DNA from: a virus
DNA: 64,000 nt
Virus record (IMG/VR): IMGVR_UViG_3300025012_000055
Location: 27,381 to 91,380 of that record
Reading direction: 5' to 3' (one strand)
Shown here: positions 10,220 through 20,540 of the stretch, piece by piece
How positions within the stretch are numbered: the first letter of the stretch is position 1
How the letters are laid out: each line of letters opens with the position of its first letter
Position numbers and translations under genes: made by a program
Notes under the pieces: model-generated
Databases searched by the model: none
What the model was told of the DNA's origin: nothing
What the model saw: the letters and a program-made list of their open reading frames with translations, nothing else

Positions 10220-11287
10220 ATGGATATTTTTCCACAAAATAGTAACTTGGAAAATTTAACCAGAGTTAAATTTGGCATTGATCCCACATTCTCCAAACTT
10301 CATTTGGGACATTTTGTTCCATTAAGAACTATTAAAAAATTACAAGAACAAGGCAAAGAAATAACAATAGTGCTTGGAACGTTTACTGCTCAAATGGGTG
10401 ATCCATCAGGTAAAGATAAAACCAGACCAATTCTTTCTGAAAAAGAAGTTAAAAATAATAGTGAACAAATATTAGAACAAATTAAATCTGTTCTTGACCC
10501 AGGATTTAAAATATTTAAAAATGTAGATTTGTTTAATTCCATGACCGTTCCTGAATTATTATTAACATTTTCTAAATTTACTATACAAAATTTATTAAGT
10601 AGGGAATCATTCCAAAAAAGAATAGAAAATAATCAAAGCATTGGACTTCATGAATTAATTGTTCCTATTTTACAAGGAAAGGATTCACTTCATTTAAAAA
10701 GTGAAATAGAGGTTGGTGGTAGTGATCAGTTATTTAATTTTCAAATTACACGTAAATTACAAGAATTAAATAATCAAATTCCTGAAGTATGTATAATGAC
10801 ACCAATTATTAATGGAATCGATGGTAAAAAAATGAGTAAAAGTTTAGGAAATTGTATTTTTTTAGATGAACCAACTAAAGATATTTTTGGTAAATGTATG
10901 AGTATTTCAGATAAAACTATGGAAGAATGGATTCCTTTATTAACAGATCTTGATAATTTACCTAAAAATCCAATGGAACGTAAAAAAACAATGGCTTTTG
11001 ATATTATTAGACAATTAAGAGGCAAAGAAGAAGCCATCTGGGCAATTAAAGATTTTGAAAAAACCATTCAAAATAGAAGTTTACCAGAAAATATAAAAAA
11101 AATCCCCATTTCTGATTTGATTTCTTGTATACAAAAAATAAAAAATTGTAGTAAAAATGAATCGAGAAGATTAATAAAATCTGGTGCTGTTAGTATTATT
11201 GATAGTGGTAAAATTGATGAAACTTTTGAATTGAAAATAGGTCAAATTCTAAAAATTGGGAAAAGAAATTTTGGTAAATTAGCTTAA
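10220..11287 (+). CDS. tyrS: Tyrosyl-tRNA synthetase
   Basis: GIDPT..LHLGH, GDPSGK, GGSDQLFN, KMSKSLGN, C-terminal S4-like SKNESRRLIKSGAV..KIGKR. Confidence 0.93.
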   Translation: MDIFPQNSNLENLTRVKFGIDPTFSKLHLGHFVPLRTIKKLQEQGKEITIVLGTFTAQMGDPSGKDKTRPILSEKEVKNNSEQILEQIKSVLDPGFKIFKNVDLFNSMTVPELLLTFSKFTIQNLLSRESFQKRIENNQSIGLHELIVPILQGKDSLHLKSEIEVGGSDQLFNFQITRKLQELNNQIPEVCIMTPIINGIDGKKMSKSLGNCIFLDEPTKDIFGKCMSISDKTMEEWIPLLTDLDNLPKNPMERKKTMAFDIIRQLRGKEEAIWAIKDFEKTIQNRSLPENIKKIPISDLISCIQKIKNCSKNESRRLIKSGAVSIIDSGKIDETFELKIGQILKIGKRNFGKLA

Positions 11288-11311
11288 TTTGCTTAAAGAT
11301 TTCATTTATTT

Positions 11312-12091
11312 TTATTCTCCAGATAAAACTGTATTTCCTGATAATGTTATAAAATCACTATCTACCTCTTGAAACATTATAATTTTTTGTACTGCAGGTT
11401 TTATTTCAAATTCATCTTCGTTTTGAATATAGCCCATAAGATTAAAATTATAAACCTGTTTATAAAACCTATCACCACTAAAATCTTCAATTGTTGATTC
11501 ATCACTTGGGTCATCTTCTAAAATTATTGGCATATAAAAATTTTTTATTTTTGTATAAGATTGCCTTGAAGAAAAATCAGTTAAAATTAATTCAGCGAAT
11601 TTATTTATGTCCTGAATATATTTTGAAAGAAAAAATAATTGGAAGCGGCAGTCGACCTGAATTGGTTGTGGTATCTTATAAATATCTGCTCCTCGATAAG
11701 ATGAAAAGGTTGGTACTCTCATATAAGTAAACGTTTTACGTCCAGGAATATTATATAGTTTATTTAATGATGTCCCAGGTGCTGGTGGAGATGATCTTCT
11801 TATACTAATAAGTGGCATAATTGGATTTTTATCTTTATCAAGATATTTCCACGATTTAGAAAATTCGGCCCAGCGTTCAGATGGTAAAAAAACAACTGGA
11901 ATTTTCTTACCATCTAATGTAAAATTTAATTCTTCAATAAATTCTTTAAATCCATTTTCCAGATCTTTAATAGAAATACCAGGGGGAAAATAGGATGTTT
12001 TAGGATCTACCGAATTAAGTAATTCGTCTATACGCTCTTGGCCACGTTTAGCTGGCGATATATTAACTTGACGCTTTTTTGGCATACTCAT
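11312..12091 (-). CDS. Putative tail completion/terminator (gp15-like) virion protein
   Basis: IPVVF...ERW...MPLISIRR..P.QVD....L pattern seen in T4-like tail completion proteins. Confidence 0.6.
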   Translation of the reverse strand: MSMPKKRQVNISPAKRGQERIDELLNSVDPKTSYFPPGISIKDLENGFKEFIEELNFTLDGKKIPVVFLPSERWAEFSKSWKYLDKDKNPIMPLISIRRSSPPAPGTSLNKLYNIPGRKTFTYMRVPTFSSYRGADIYKIPQPIQVDCRFQLFFLSKYIQDINKFAELILTDFSSRQSYTKIKNFYMPIILEDDPSDESTIEDFSGDRFYKQVYNFNLMGYIQNEDEFEIKPAVQKIIMFQEVDSDFITLSGNTVLSGE

Positions 12092-12310
12092 AAATAATAT
12101 CTTTTATTTATTAATAAATACTTGTTTATTTCAATTATTTTACTTACCTTTGTATTCTAAAACTTAAAATAAAATGGAAGATCAATTACTAAAGAAAAAT
12201 TAATCAAGGATAGTATTGAAAGAAATTTTTGGGTTATTTATCCTGCATGGAAATTTACTCAAAATAAAGATAAACTATTGAATTTAATTCCTGAATATCC
12301 AGAATAAATT

Positions 12311-12682
12311 ATGAAAAAAAGAAAATATAAAATAGGAGATAAAGTTATTTTAATTGATAATCCTAGAGAGCTTGGTGAATCAAATAAATTTTACAAAGAT
12401 AAAGTATATAAAATAACAGATATTAAAATTGCCTATCAAAATAATACACAAATAATTAATTCTTTAGATAATTTAAACTGTTGTTTAGTAAATACAAGAT
12501 TTGAATATTATTATGAAAAATCATTAGATACCCTATCTACTAAAATATTTATTAGTACATCCTCAGGATATGGGGATTATAATATAATAAAAAAATTTAT
12601 TGAAAAAGAAGAAACTTTGACACATGAAGAGCTCAAACAATGTGCTTTAATTTGGGAAAAATATAATAAAAATGAAAGATAA
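12311..12682 (+). CDS. Hypothetical protein, paralog of 17243..17683
   Basis: Shared YKxGDKVI, EYYYEK and KEETLT.EE.KQCALIWEKYNK. Confidence 0.7.
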   Translation: MKKRKYKIGDKVILIDNPRELGESNKFYKDKVYKITDIKIAYQNNTQIINSLDNLNCCLVNTRFEYYYEKSLDTLSTKIFISTSSGYGDYNIIKKFIEKEETLTHEELKQCALIWEKYNKNER

Positions 12683-13580
12683 TCTAAAAGTAATCATACT
12701 AATTGGCATAAGCGGTGCCGGTAAATCAACATGGGCAAAAGATTTTATTTCCAAAAATCAAAATTATGTCAGAGTTTCCAGAGATGAATTCAGATACATG
12801 TTAAAAAACCAACAAATATGTGAAAACAAAATTGAAAATTTAATAACTGAATTATGTGAAGATGTTATAATAAAAAGTTTAATTAAAAAACAAAATGTTA
12901 TTATTGATAATACCAATCTTAAATTAAAATATATCAATAATTTTATTAAACTTGTTCAGGATTATGCAGATATTGAATATATATTATTTGATACATCAGT
13001 GGAAAAATGTATAGAAAGAGATAAAAATAGAGAAAAACAAGTGGGAGAAAAAATAATTAATAAAATGAACAATGATTTAAAAATTTTAAAAGAAAATTTT
13101 AATTTTCAATATGTTAAGAAAAATAAAACTAGAAAAATTATAAAACCTGATTTTAATTCTGAATTACCTAACGTAATTTGTTTTGATATAGATGGAACCT
13201 TAGCATTAATGGGGGATAGAAGTCCATATGATTGGGATAAAATTAGTATTGATTCTCTTAATGAAATTGTTGCTGAACAAATTGAGTTTCATAGATATAT
13301 GAAAAGAAAAATAATTATTTTATCTGGCAGAGATTCTTCTTGTAAAGAATTAACAGAAAAATGGTTAAAAACAAATGGAATTAAATATGATTATATTTTT
13401 ATGAGAAAAGAAAATGATTTTAGAAAAGACAGTATTATCAAAAAAGAATTATATGAAGAAAATATAAAAGATAAATTTAATTTATTATGTGTTTATGATG
13501 ACAGAATTTCTATAATTAAGATGTGGGCCGAATTGGGAATATTTTGTTTTAGTGTGAATCAAGATTTAAAATTTTATTAG
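12672..13580 (+). CDS. pseT: Polynucleotide 5'-kinase/3'-phosphatase
   Basis: GISGAGKST P-loop, SRD, DNTN; HAD motifs DIDGT, SGR, RKD, YDDR. Confidence 0.93.
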   Translation: MKDNLKVIILIGISGAGKSTWAKDFISKNQNYVRVSRDEFRYMLKNQQICENKIENLITELCEDVIIKSLIKKQNVIIDNTNLKLKYINNFIKLVQDYADIEYILFDTSVEKCIERDKNREKQVGEKIINKMNNDLKILKENFNFQYVKKNKTRKIIKPDFNSELPNVICFDIDGTLALMGDRSPYDWDKISIDSLNEIVAEQIEFHRYMKRKIIILSGRDSSCKELTEKWLKTNGIKYDYIFMRKENDFRKDSIIKKELYEENIKDKFNLLCVYDDRISIIKMWAELGIFCFSVNQDLKFY

Positions 13581-13590
13581 AATTTTAATT

Positions 13591-13929
13591 ATGAATAAAA
13601 AACAAATAAAAAAAATTATAGAAAAAATAAATATTGATAATTGGAATAACTGGGATTTAAAATCTGGTAAAATTTTAACTCGATTTAATCCTTTTTATTT
13701 TGATAATAATAATGTTAAAAATAGAATAGTAATCCTTACAGAATTAATAGGAAATTGGGAAAAATTATTAAATTCTAAAAAATATATAAAGGAACAATTA
13801 GAAAATTATTTAAAAGAGATTATTATAAAAAAATACTTTAAAAATAATGAAAAAATTACAATAAAATATGAACATGATATTCATTTTACGGATATAAGTA
13901 ACAACAAAGAAATAAATGAACAAGAATAA
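13591..13929 (+). CDS. Hypothetical protein
   Basis: ORF tightly packed in the operon. Confidence 0.55.
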   Translation: MNKKQIKKIIEKINIDNWNNWDLKSGKILTRFNPFYFDNNNVKNRIVILTELIGNWEKLLNSKKYIKEQLENYLKEIIIKKYFKNNEKITIKYEHDIHFTDISNNKEINEQE

Positions 13930-14503
13930 AAAATATAATTCATCAGAAATAAATGTTTTTTTCAGCTCTGATTTTCACCACAGTCATGTAAACATAGTTA
14001 AAGGAACAACTGTTTGGCCAGATACCTCTAGTTGCAGAAATTTTAATAGTATTCAAGAAATGAACCAAACAATTATTAATGGAATAAATAATAAAGTTGG
14101 AGAAAATGATATTTTATATAATTTAGGGGATTGGTCATTTGGACATCCATCGAATATTCAATATTTCAGAAATCAAATTATCTGTAAAAATATTCATCTA
14201 ATATTGGGGAATCATGACAAATATATAAGAAAAAATAAAGATGATATTCAAAATATATTTTCTTCTGTTCAGAATTATGCAGAAATACAAATTGATAATC
14301 AAAGAATAATATTATTTCATTATCCCATTGTTAGTTGGGCAGGAATGAAAAGGGAAACAATTCACCTATTCGGACACGTTCATTCAAAATATCAAGGACA
14401 AGGAAAATCCTTGGACGTTGGAATTGATAATTATTATAAATTATTTGGTACTTATGAGCCTTTCTCATATAAAGAAATTTTAAAAATAACTGAAAATAAA
14501 TAA
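13916..14503 (+). CDS. Calcineurin-like metallophosphoesterase
   Basis: SDFH, LGD, GNHD, HYP, HLFGHVH motifs. Confidence 0.9.
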   Translation: MNKNKKYNSSEINVFFSSDFHHSHVNIVKGTTVWPDTSSCRNFNSIQEMNQTIINGINNKVGENDILYNLGDWSFGHPSNIQYFRNQIICKNIHLILGNHDKYIRKNKDDIQNIFSSVQNYAEIQIDNQRIILFHYPIVSWAGMKRETIHLFGHVHSKYQGQGKSLDVGIDNYYKLFGTYEPFSYKEILKITENK

Positions 14504-14802
14504 CAAAAATGGCTTATACAAAACAAGATATTAAAGATTTTCTTGAAGATTACATATATGATAAGGGAGTTATTATTAATCATTTACCTAAAATGGATTA
14601 TAAAGATAAAATTATTGAAGATTGGCTTGAATTTGAAGATATCTGGGAAATATCCAAAATAACAAGAAAAACACCAACCCAAATTGTTAGTATATTAAAA
14701 AATTGTGGGATATATTGAAAAAAAATAATTCACTTTTTATTTGGATATGTCATTTATTTTACTTACCTTTGTATTATTAAAATATATTAAAACTTAAAAA
14801 CA

Positions 14803-15177
14803 ATGAAAAAATTAATAATATTCTTACTTGTTATTTTAACATTAAATGTTAATGCACAAACATTTTATAACAAATATACAAGTTTTAATCCATATAATGG
14901 CCAATCTCAAACATATAATAATAAAGAAAGAAATGATGATAATGATGGAAGGGATAGAAGATTTGAACTTGGAATTATTATTATGGGTGTTGGCCTAGTT
15001 ACAATGTTAGCAGCAACATATTCTTACACTTCCTACAGTTATAATCAAAATTATTATAATTATGGATATAGTTATGCAAGAGAAACTGATAGATATGTGT
15101 TTTTTACTGGTGTTGGATTATCTGTAACAGGCTTAACTATTTCTTTAGCTAATAGTGGGAAAAAATCAAGAAGATAA
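14803..15177 (+). CDS. Hypothetical membrane protein
   Basis: Signal peptide plus two TM segments; follows the promoter at 14740. Confidence 0.6.
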   Translation: MKKLIIFLLVILTLNVNAQTFYNKYTSFNPYNGQSQTYNNKERNDDNDGRDRRFELGIIIMGVGLVTMLAATYSYTSYSYNQNYYNYGYSYARETDRYVFFTGVGLSVTGLTISLANSGKKSRR

Positions 15178-15225
15178 CAACTGACCTGTTGGAAGAACAT
15201 TTAAAATTGAAGGGAGTAACAACTA
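15163..15225 (+). repeat. 63-nt exact duplicate of 22598..22660, containing the 36-nt GTTGGAAG...GTAACAAC repeat (15188-15223)
   Basis: Direct sequence identity. Confidence 0.9.
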
Positions 15226-15241
15226 AATAAATTAAAATATC

Positions 15242-17230
15242 ATGTCTTGGTTTAATAAACAATTTGGAAATATGGAAACATCATTTGGTGAAAGAACCAA
15301 ATCAACAAAAGGAAACAAAGGAACAAGTTTTTGGGGAAAAAGATTATTTGATTTTAATAATAATGATAAAGAACCCACAATTCTTGAAAGAACTAAACTT
15401 CTTAAATCTGTAAGAAATTTTGTTAAAATATTAACTGGAAAGGATATTCCTGTTAGATATTCTTCTGAAGGGGAGGATAAAAGTTTTACTGATAGTAAAA
15501 CAATTACTATTTCTGGAAATGTATCAAAAGAATTTGATGCTACCTGTGGACTAGCAATGCATGAAGGAACTCATATTGTTTTAACTGATTTTGAAATTTT
15601 ACATCAAATAATGGATGAAAAACAAAGGAAACAATTATTAGATAAAAAATATTTGAATTATATTGGGTTAATTAAAGATTTGTTAAATATTATAGAGGAC
15701 AGAAGAATTGACGATTGGCAATATAAAGAATCCCCAGGATATAAAATATATTATCAGGAAATGTATAAGAAATATTTTGAATCAGATAAAATTAATGAAT
15801 TAATAAACAACAAATTTGTAGTTTGTGAAGAAACAAAACAAAAAATAGATTTAACTGAAGAAACGGTACAAAACTATATGTTTTATGTTATCAATATAAC
15901 TAACCCAAAAGTTAAAATGAATGAATTAAAAGGACTTCCAGAAATATGGAAATTAGTTGATATTAAAAATATTGATAGACTGGGTGATAATAAAAAAGGA
16001 ACTAAAAAGGCATTGGGTGTTGCACTTAAAATTTTTGATATTATTGAAAAATATGTTACAAAAGAAGATATGAAAAAAAATGAGGGTGATAAAAGTAAAG
16101 ATAATGAACCAATTGAATATGATGGGCCATTAAAAGATTTAAAATCAGGAAATGGTAAAGGAGGAAAACTTGTTAAATTGGGACCAAATGCACTTAAAGA
16201 ACTACAGAATTTATTAAAAAAACAAAAAGATTTTTTAAAAAGTTTGGTTAAAAAACAAAAAGTTGATTCTGAAACAAATAATAAAATTAATGTTTTAATA
16301 GAATCAGATACAGAAGAAATTGAAATAAAAAAACAACAAGATAGAGAATCCAATGATGGGGAACACAAAGTTATTACTGTCAATAACATTACAATGAATA
16401 CAATCCAATCAAACATATATAAAATATTTAATTATTATAATTCTTATCAGGATGAAAATGTTAATCGGGGGATAATGCTTGGAACCATGCTGGGGAAAAA
16501 ACTTCAAACAAGGCAAGAAGAAAGAACTTTAATAACACCCAGATTAAATATCGGGAAAATTGATAAAAGAAGATTATCAAATTGCGGTTATGGTTCAGAT
16601 GATATATTTTTTACCAAAACTACAGATAAATATGGAGATATATCAGTTCATATTTCATTAGATTTAAGTGGTTCAATGACTGGTAATAAATGGACAAATA
16701 CAATGATTTCTGCTATTGCTATTGCAAAAGCAGCATCAATGACAAAAGGAATAAGAGTTCAAATATCATTGAGATATTCTGATGGTATTAATGATAACCA
16801 ACCTGAGCAAGCAATTGTTATTAATTTTTATGACTCAAAAATTGATAGTCCTAATAAATTGAAATGGTTTAAATATGTTTCACCTCATGGTTGTACTCCA
16901 GAAGGATTATGTTATGAGGCACTTATGACTAAAATTATGAAACCACTTTTAAATAAAAATTCTTTATTTATTAATTATTCTGATGGATATCCTGGAATGT
17001 GTACTATGGGAACACAAGAGGGAATAATAATTACAAAACAAGCAGTTAATAAAATAAGAAATTCTGGGGTTGAAATACTGTCTTTCTTTATTAATGAAAA
17101 TGGTTTAGATGATATGAATTCATTTAAAGAAATGTATGGAAAAGGTACAACAAATATTAATGTTACAAGTTTAATACCGTTAGCAAAAGAATTAAATAAG
17201 AAATTTCTTCAAATGGGAAAACTTAATTAA
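15242..17230 (+). CDS. CobT-like VWA/metallopeptidase partner of a MoxR AAA ATPase
   Basis: HEGTH zincin motif, EDRRID, C-terminal DLSGS MIDAS, TP, SDG. Confidence 0.85.
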   Translation: MSWFNKQFGNMETSFGERTKSTKGNKGTSFWGKRLFDFNNNDKEPTILERTKLLKSVRNFVKILTGKDIPVRYSSEGEDKSFTDSKTITISGNVSKEFDATCGLAMHEGTHIVLTDFEILHQIMDEKQRKQLLDKKYLNYIGLIKDLLNIIEDRRIDDWQYKESPGYKIYYQEMYKKYFESDKINELINNKFVVCEETKQKIDLTEETVQNYMFYVINITNPKVKMNELKGLPEIWKLVDIKNIDRLGDNKKGTKKALGVALKIFDIIEKYVTKEDMKKNEGDKSKDNEPIEYDGPLKDLKSGNGKGGKLVKLGPNALKELQNLLKKQKDFLKSLVKKQKVDSETNNKINVLIESDTEEIEIKKQQDRESNDGEHKVITVNNITMNTIQSNIYKIFNYYNSYQDENVNRGIMLGTMLGKKLQTRQEERTLITPRLNIGKIDKRRLSNCGYGSDDIFFTKTTDKYGDISVHISLDLSGSMTGNKWTNTMISAIAIAKAASMTKGIRVQISLRYSDGINDNQPEQAIVINFYDSKIDSPNKLKWFKYVSPHGCTPEGLCYEALMTKIMKPLLNKNSLFINYSDGYPGMCTMGTQEGIIITKQAVNKIRNSGVEILSFFINENGLDDMNSFKEMYGKGTTNINVTSLIPLAKELNKKFLQMGKLN

Positions 17231-17242
17231 TTATTTTTAATA

Positions 17243-17683
17243 ATGAATAAAAAAATAAGAAATTATAAACCTGGAGATAAAGTTATCATTTTAAAAAATA
17301 ATTATTGTAATCATAAGGTGGGAGATGTTGGATTTATCATAATGCAAAATCCAAATCCGGGTTTTAATAATTGTTGGGTTGTTGATGTAAAAAGAAAAAT
17401 AAGTATATCTGGAAACTGGACACCTTATGTTTCCTATTTAGATGAAAATATTGAATATTATTATGAAAAACCATTAAAAGAATTAAGAAATAAAATATAT
17501 AATGATTATTATAACACTTTATTTTTGGCTAAGGGAATTAAAATAAATAAAGATGTTTATGGAACAATAAGTAATTTTATTAATAAAGAAGAAACTTTAA
17601 CAAATGAAGAGATTAAACAATGTGCATTAATTTGGGAAAAATATAATAAAAATTATGAAAAAATCAAAAAAAATAAAAAGTGA
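17243..17683 (+). CDS. Hypothetical protein, paralog of 12311..12682
   Basis: Shared motifs with 12311..12682. Confidence 0.7.
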   Translation: MNKKIRNYKPGDKVIILKNNYCNHKVGDVGFIIMQNPNPGFNNCWVVDVKRKISISGNWTPYVSYLDENIEYYYEKPLKELRNKIYNDYYNTLFLAKGIKINKDVYGTISNFINKEETLTNEEIKQCALIWEKYNKNYEKIKKNKK

Positions 17684-17893
17684 AAAAGAGCCAATGGAAG
17701 AAATTCCAGTCATAAATCTTGATGAAATTGAAATTAATGAAGAAAAAGAAACCAAACAAGAAGATAATAATGATAATAATATTTCAGAAAATAATCCATT
17801 TGTTAGCAATAATTAATTTTTTATTTGGATATGTCAATTATTTTACTTACTTTTGTATTCTAATTAATAACTTAATTTATTAACTTAAAAAAA

Positions 17894-19123
17894 ATGAAAA
17901 AATTAAAAAAAGAAATGGAAAATCCACCCCAATTAACCAAAACTAAAAAACAAGTTCCAGAAACTAAAAATACTTATCAACCAATTGAAGGTGATATTAT
18001 TAAAGTAACAAAACAAGATGATGGTAGAGTTTATTTTGCAAGCATTGTTGGAACAAATAGTGATGTTACTGACCATATTGATTTAGATATTAGAAAACAA
18101 TCATATGAAAAAGGAAAGAATATTATTTTTGAAAACGGAGAATATCAATTAGTTGATAAAGATTATGTACCACAAATACCAGAAAATCAAATATTTGATA
18201 TGAGTTTTGTACATAACAGTTATAAATATAAACCTAAAAAGCTTTTTATTAATGAATTAAAATGGAAATATCTTATAAGAAATATACTTAAGTCAAAGAA
18301 TATTATTATGACTGGCCTCTCCGGTTCAGGAAAAACTATAAGTGCTTTTCATGCTGCCAGTACTTTAAAAAGAAAATTATTTAATATTCCTTTAGGTTCT
18401 ACGCAGGACCCACGGGCAGCACTTATTGGAAATACTTTTTATAACAAAGAAAAAGGAACATTTTTTAATGAAAGCACATTTGTTCAGGCAATTCAAACAG
18501 AAAATGCTGTTATTCTCTTGGAAGAATTATCAAGAGCACATCCTGAAGCATGGAATATTCTTATGCCTGTCTTGGACAAAGAACAAAACTTTTTAAAATT
18601 GGACGAAGCAGAAGGGCAGCCAGTAATTAAAGTTGCAAAGGGGGTTTCTTTTATTGCTACTGCAAATGTTGGAAGTGAATATACTTCAACAAGAGTATTT
18701 GATAGAGCACTATCTGACAGGTTTACAACTATTGAAATGGATGTACTTAACAAGGATGAAGAAGTTGAATTACTTACAATGTTATATCCAGATATTAATA
18801 AAAAAACAATTGAAGCCCTTGCTAAAATAACACATGAAACAAGAAAAGATCAAGAATCAGAATCCCCCAAATTAAACACTGCAATTAGTACACGAATGTC
18901 AGTTGAAATGGGAGAAATTATTAATGATGGATTTTCATTACTGGAAGCAATGGAAGTATGTGTTCTTCCGTTTTATAATTTATCTGGGGGCGCAGAATCA
19001 GAAAGAGAGTACATTATGCAACTCATTCAGAAACATTTGCCTAATGATGAAGATGATAAAGAATTAGTTGGTGATAAAAATGATGAACGAGAGAATGAAA
19101 ATCCATTTACTACTAATAATTAA
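17894..19123 (+). CDS. CobS/MoxR-family AAA+ ATPase
   Basis: GLSGSGKT Walker A, LLEELSRA Walker B, ATAN sensor 1, DRALSDRF. Confidence 0.9.
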   Translation: MKKLKKEMENPPQLTKTKKQVPETKNTYQPIEGDIIKVTKQDDGRVYFASIVGTNSDVTDHIDLDIRKQSYEKGKNIIFENGEYQLVDKDYVPQIPENQIFDMSFVHNSYKYKPKKLFINELKWKYLIRNILKSKNIIMTGLSGSGKTISAFHAASTLKRKLFNIPLGSTQDPRAALIGNTFYNKEKGTFFNESTFVQAIQTENAVILLEELSRAHPEAWNILMPVLDKEQNFLKLDEAEGQPVIKVAKGVSFIATANVGSEYTSTRVFDRALSDRFTTIEMDVLNKDEEVELLTMLYPDINKKTIEALAKITHETRKDQESESPKLNTAISTRMSVEMGEIINDGFSLLEAMEVCVLPFYNLSGGAESEREYIMQLIQKHLPNDEDDKELVGDKNDERENENPFTTNN

Positions 19124-19360
19124 ATTATTAATATTTTAAAAAAAAATAAAATGAAAAAAGCTAAAAGATATTTTCCCTTTGATAATCAAAAATTATCTAA
19201 ATGTCATAATGTTCCTTTTATTGAGGGAACAAATTTATGTATTTTCTGTAAAAAACCTTCTCTTACAGTAATATCAGAAAAAAAGGAAGAAATCGTAGAT
19301 TTAAAAAGGGATAATATTTCAAAAGAAAATCCTTTTGCTAAAAATAACTAAATGTGAAAA

Positions 19361-19663
19361 ATGACAACGGAGATACAAATTATAAAAGAACTTAATGTAA
19401 TTTTTTATAAAAGAGGATGGAAATTATTGCCCCCAGATAATATCTATCAGAATGATAGTGAGCTTACATGGTATAAGGTTATTCTCAGTGATGTTTATTT
19501 AGATAGAAGTTTTATACCTTATAAAAAACATTTAAATAAATTTACAATTGAAGAATTAGATAATTACGTTGTTGAATTTATTAACCCAGTATGTAAAAAA
19601 TATAAAATTGATAATATACATTTTGCTGATGAAGGAAAACCAAATAGTATACAAATTAAATGA
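19361..19663 (+). CDS. Hypothetical protein
   Basis: ORF in the operon. Confidence 0.55.
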   Translation: MTTEIQIIKELNVIFYKRGWKLLPPDNIYQNDSELTWYKVILSDVYLDRSFIPYKKHLNKFTIEELDNYVVEFINPVCKKYKIDNIHFADEGKPNSIQIK

Positions 19664-20220
19664 AAAACATTAAAGTTTCTGATGAAACACATAAAGAATT
19701 AATTGAATGGGTTACTCATAAAGAAATAAAAATAATAGATATTATTGATAGTCTCATTAATACTGGGCTAATGACAGAAAAATATGGGCTATCTTTTTTT
19801 CAAACCATAATAAAGAAAGAAGGATTTGTTTCAAAAAACGAACTCAGTAATTTGGAATCTGATTTAAAAAAAGAATTTTTTGATAATGGGTATGACAAAG
19901 GACTTAAAATAGGAGAAGAAAATGGTTATAAAAAAGGTTATAAAGAATCACAAGAACTAAAAGATAAATTTGTTAGGCCCAAAAGTAAAAATAATAAAGA
20001 AGAAAATATAATAATAAAAGAAATTGTTAAGGAAAAAATTATTGAAAAAGAACCTTCTTTTGAAAACTTGTTATTATATTTTGGAAATAAGGATTTAACA
20101 CATGAAGAACAAAGACAAGTTTCAGATTTTATAAGAATGTTTAGAATGAAATATGAGGATATTTATGGTGAAGAAAAAAATACAAGATTTGTTAGACTGG
20201 AACAAAAAAGGAAAAAATGA
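19660..20220 (+). CDS. Hypothetical protein with RHH-like N-terminus
   Basis: MKNIKVSDETHKEL strand-helix pattern. Confidence 0.5.
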   Translation: MKNIKVSDETHKELIEWVTHKEIKIIDIIDSLINTGLMTEKYGLSFFQTIIKKEGFVSKNELSNLESDLKKEFFDNGYDKGLKIGEENGYKKGYKESQELKDKFVRPKSKNNKEENIIIKEIVKEKIIEKEPSFENLLLYFGNKDLTHEEQRQVSDFIRMFRMKYEDIYGEEKNTRFVRLEQKRKK

Positions 20221-20534
20221 AAGAAATAGGGGAAGAAAAAATAAAGTTTAAAAGATTTGAAAATTGGTTAATAAAAAATTATACAAATTTTTTAGATAAT
20301 AAAGAATATATGCTTAAAGTAAATCATTTTTATTGTACATATTCTGGTGTAGGTACTCATCTTAGGTTACTAACTAATATATTTCCAAAATGGAATGATT
20401 TATTAAAAAAATATAGACATGAACAATTGATTGATTATTTTATGGGAGTGGTTAGAATAAAATTACCACAATTAAAAGGAACAAAATTGATATTCACATC
20501 AAATAAAGAAAAAGAAATAAATGTAATAATTTAA
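20217..20534 (+). CDS. Hypothetical protein
   Basis: Overlapping start/stop in the operon. Confidence 0.55.
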   Translation: MKEIGEEKIKFKRFENWLIKNYTNFLDNKEYMLKVNHFYCTYSGVGTHLRLLTNIFPKWNDLLKKYRHEQLIDYFMGVVRIKLPQLKGTKLIFTSNKEKEINVII

Positions 20535-20540
20535 AAATTA

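Noticed and set aside
15883-16416. Long antisense ORFs (also 33047, 36039, 39246, 47660 and others)
   Set aside because: Shadow frames of well-supported genes, with F/L/S/I-rich composition
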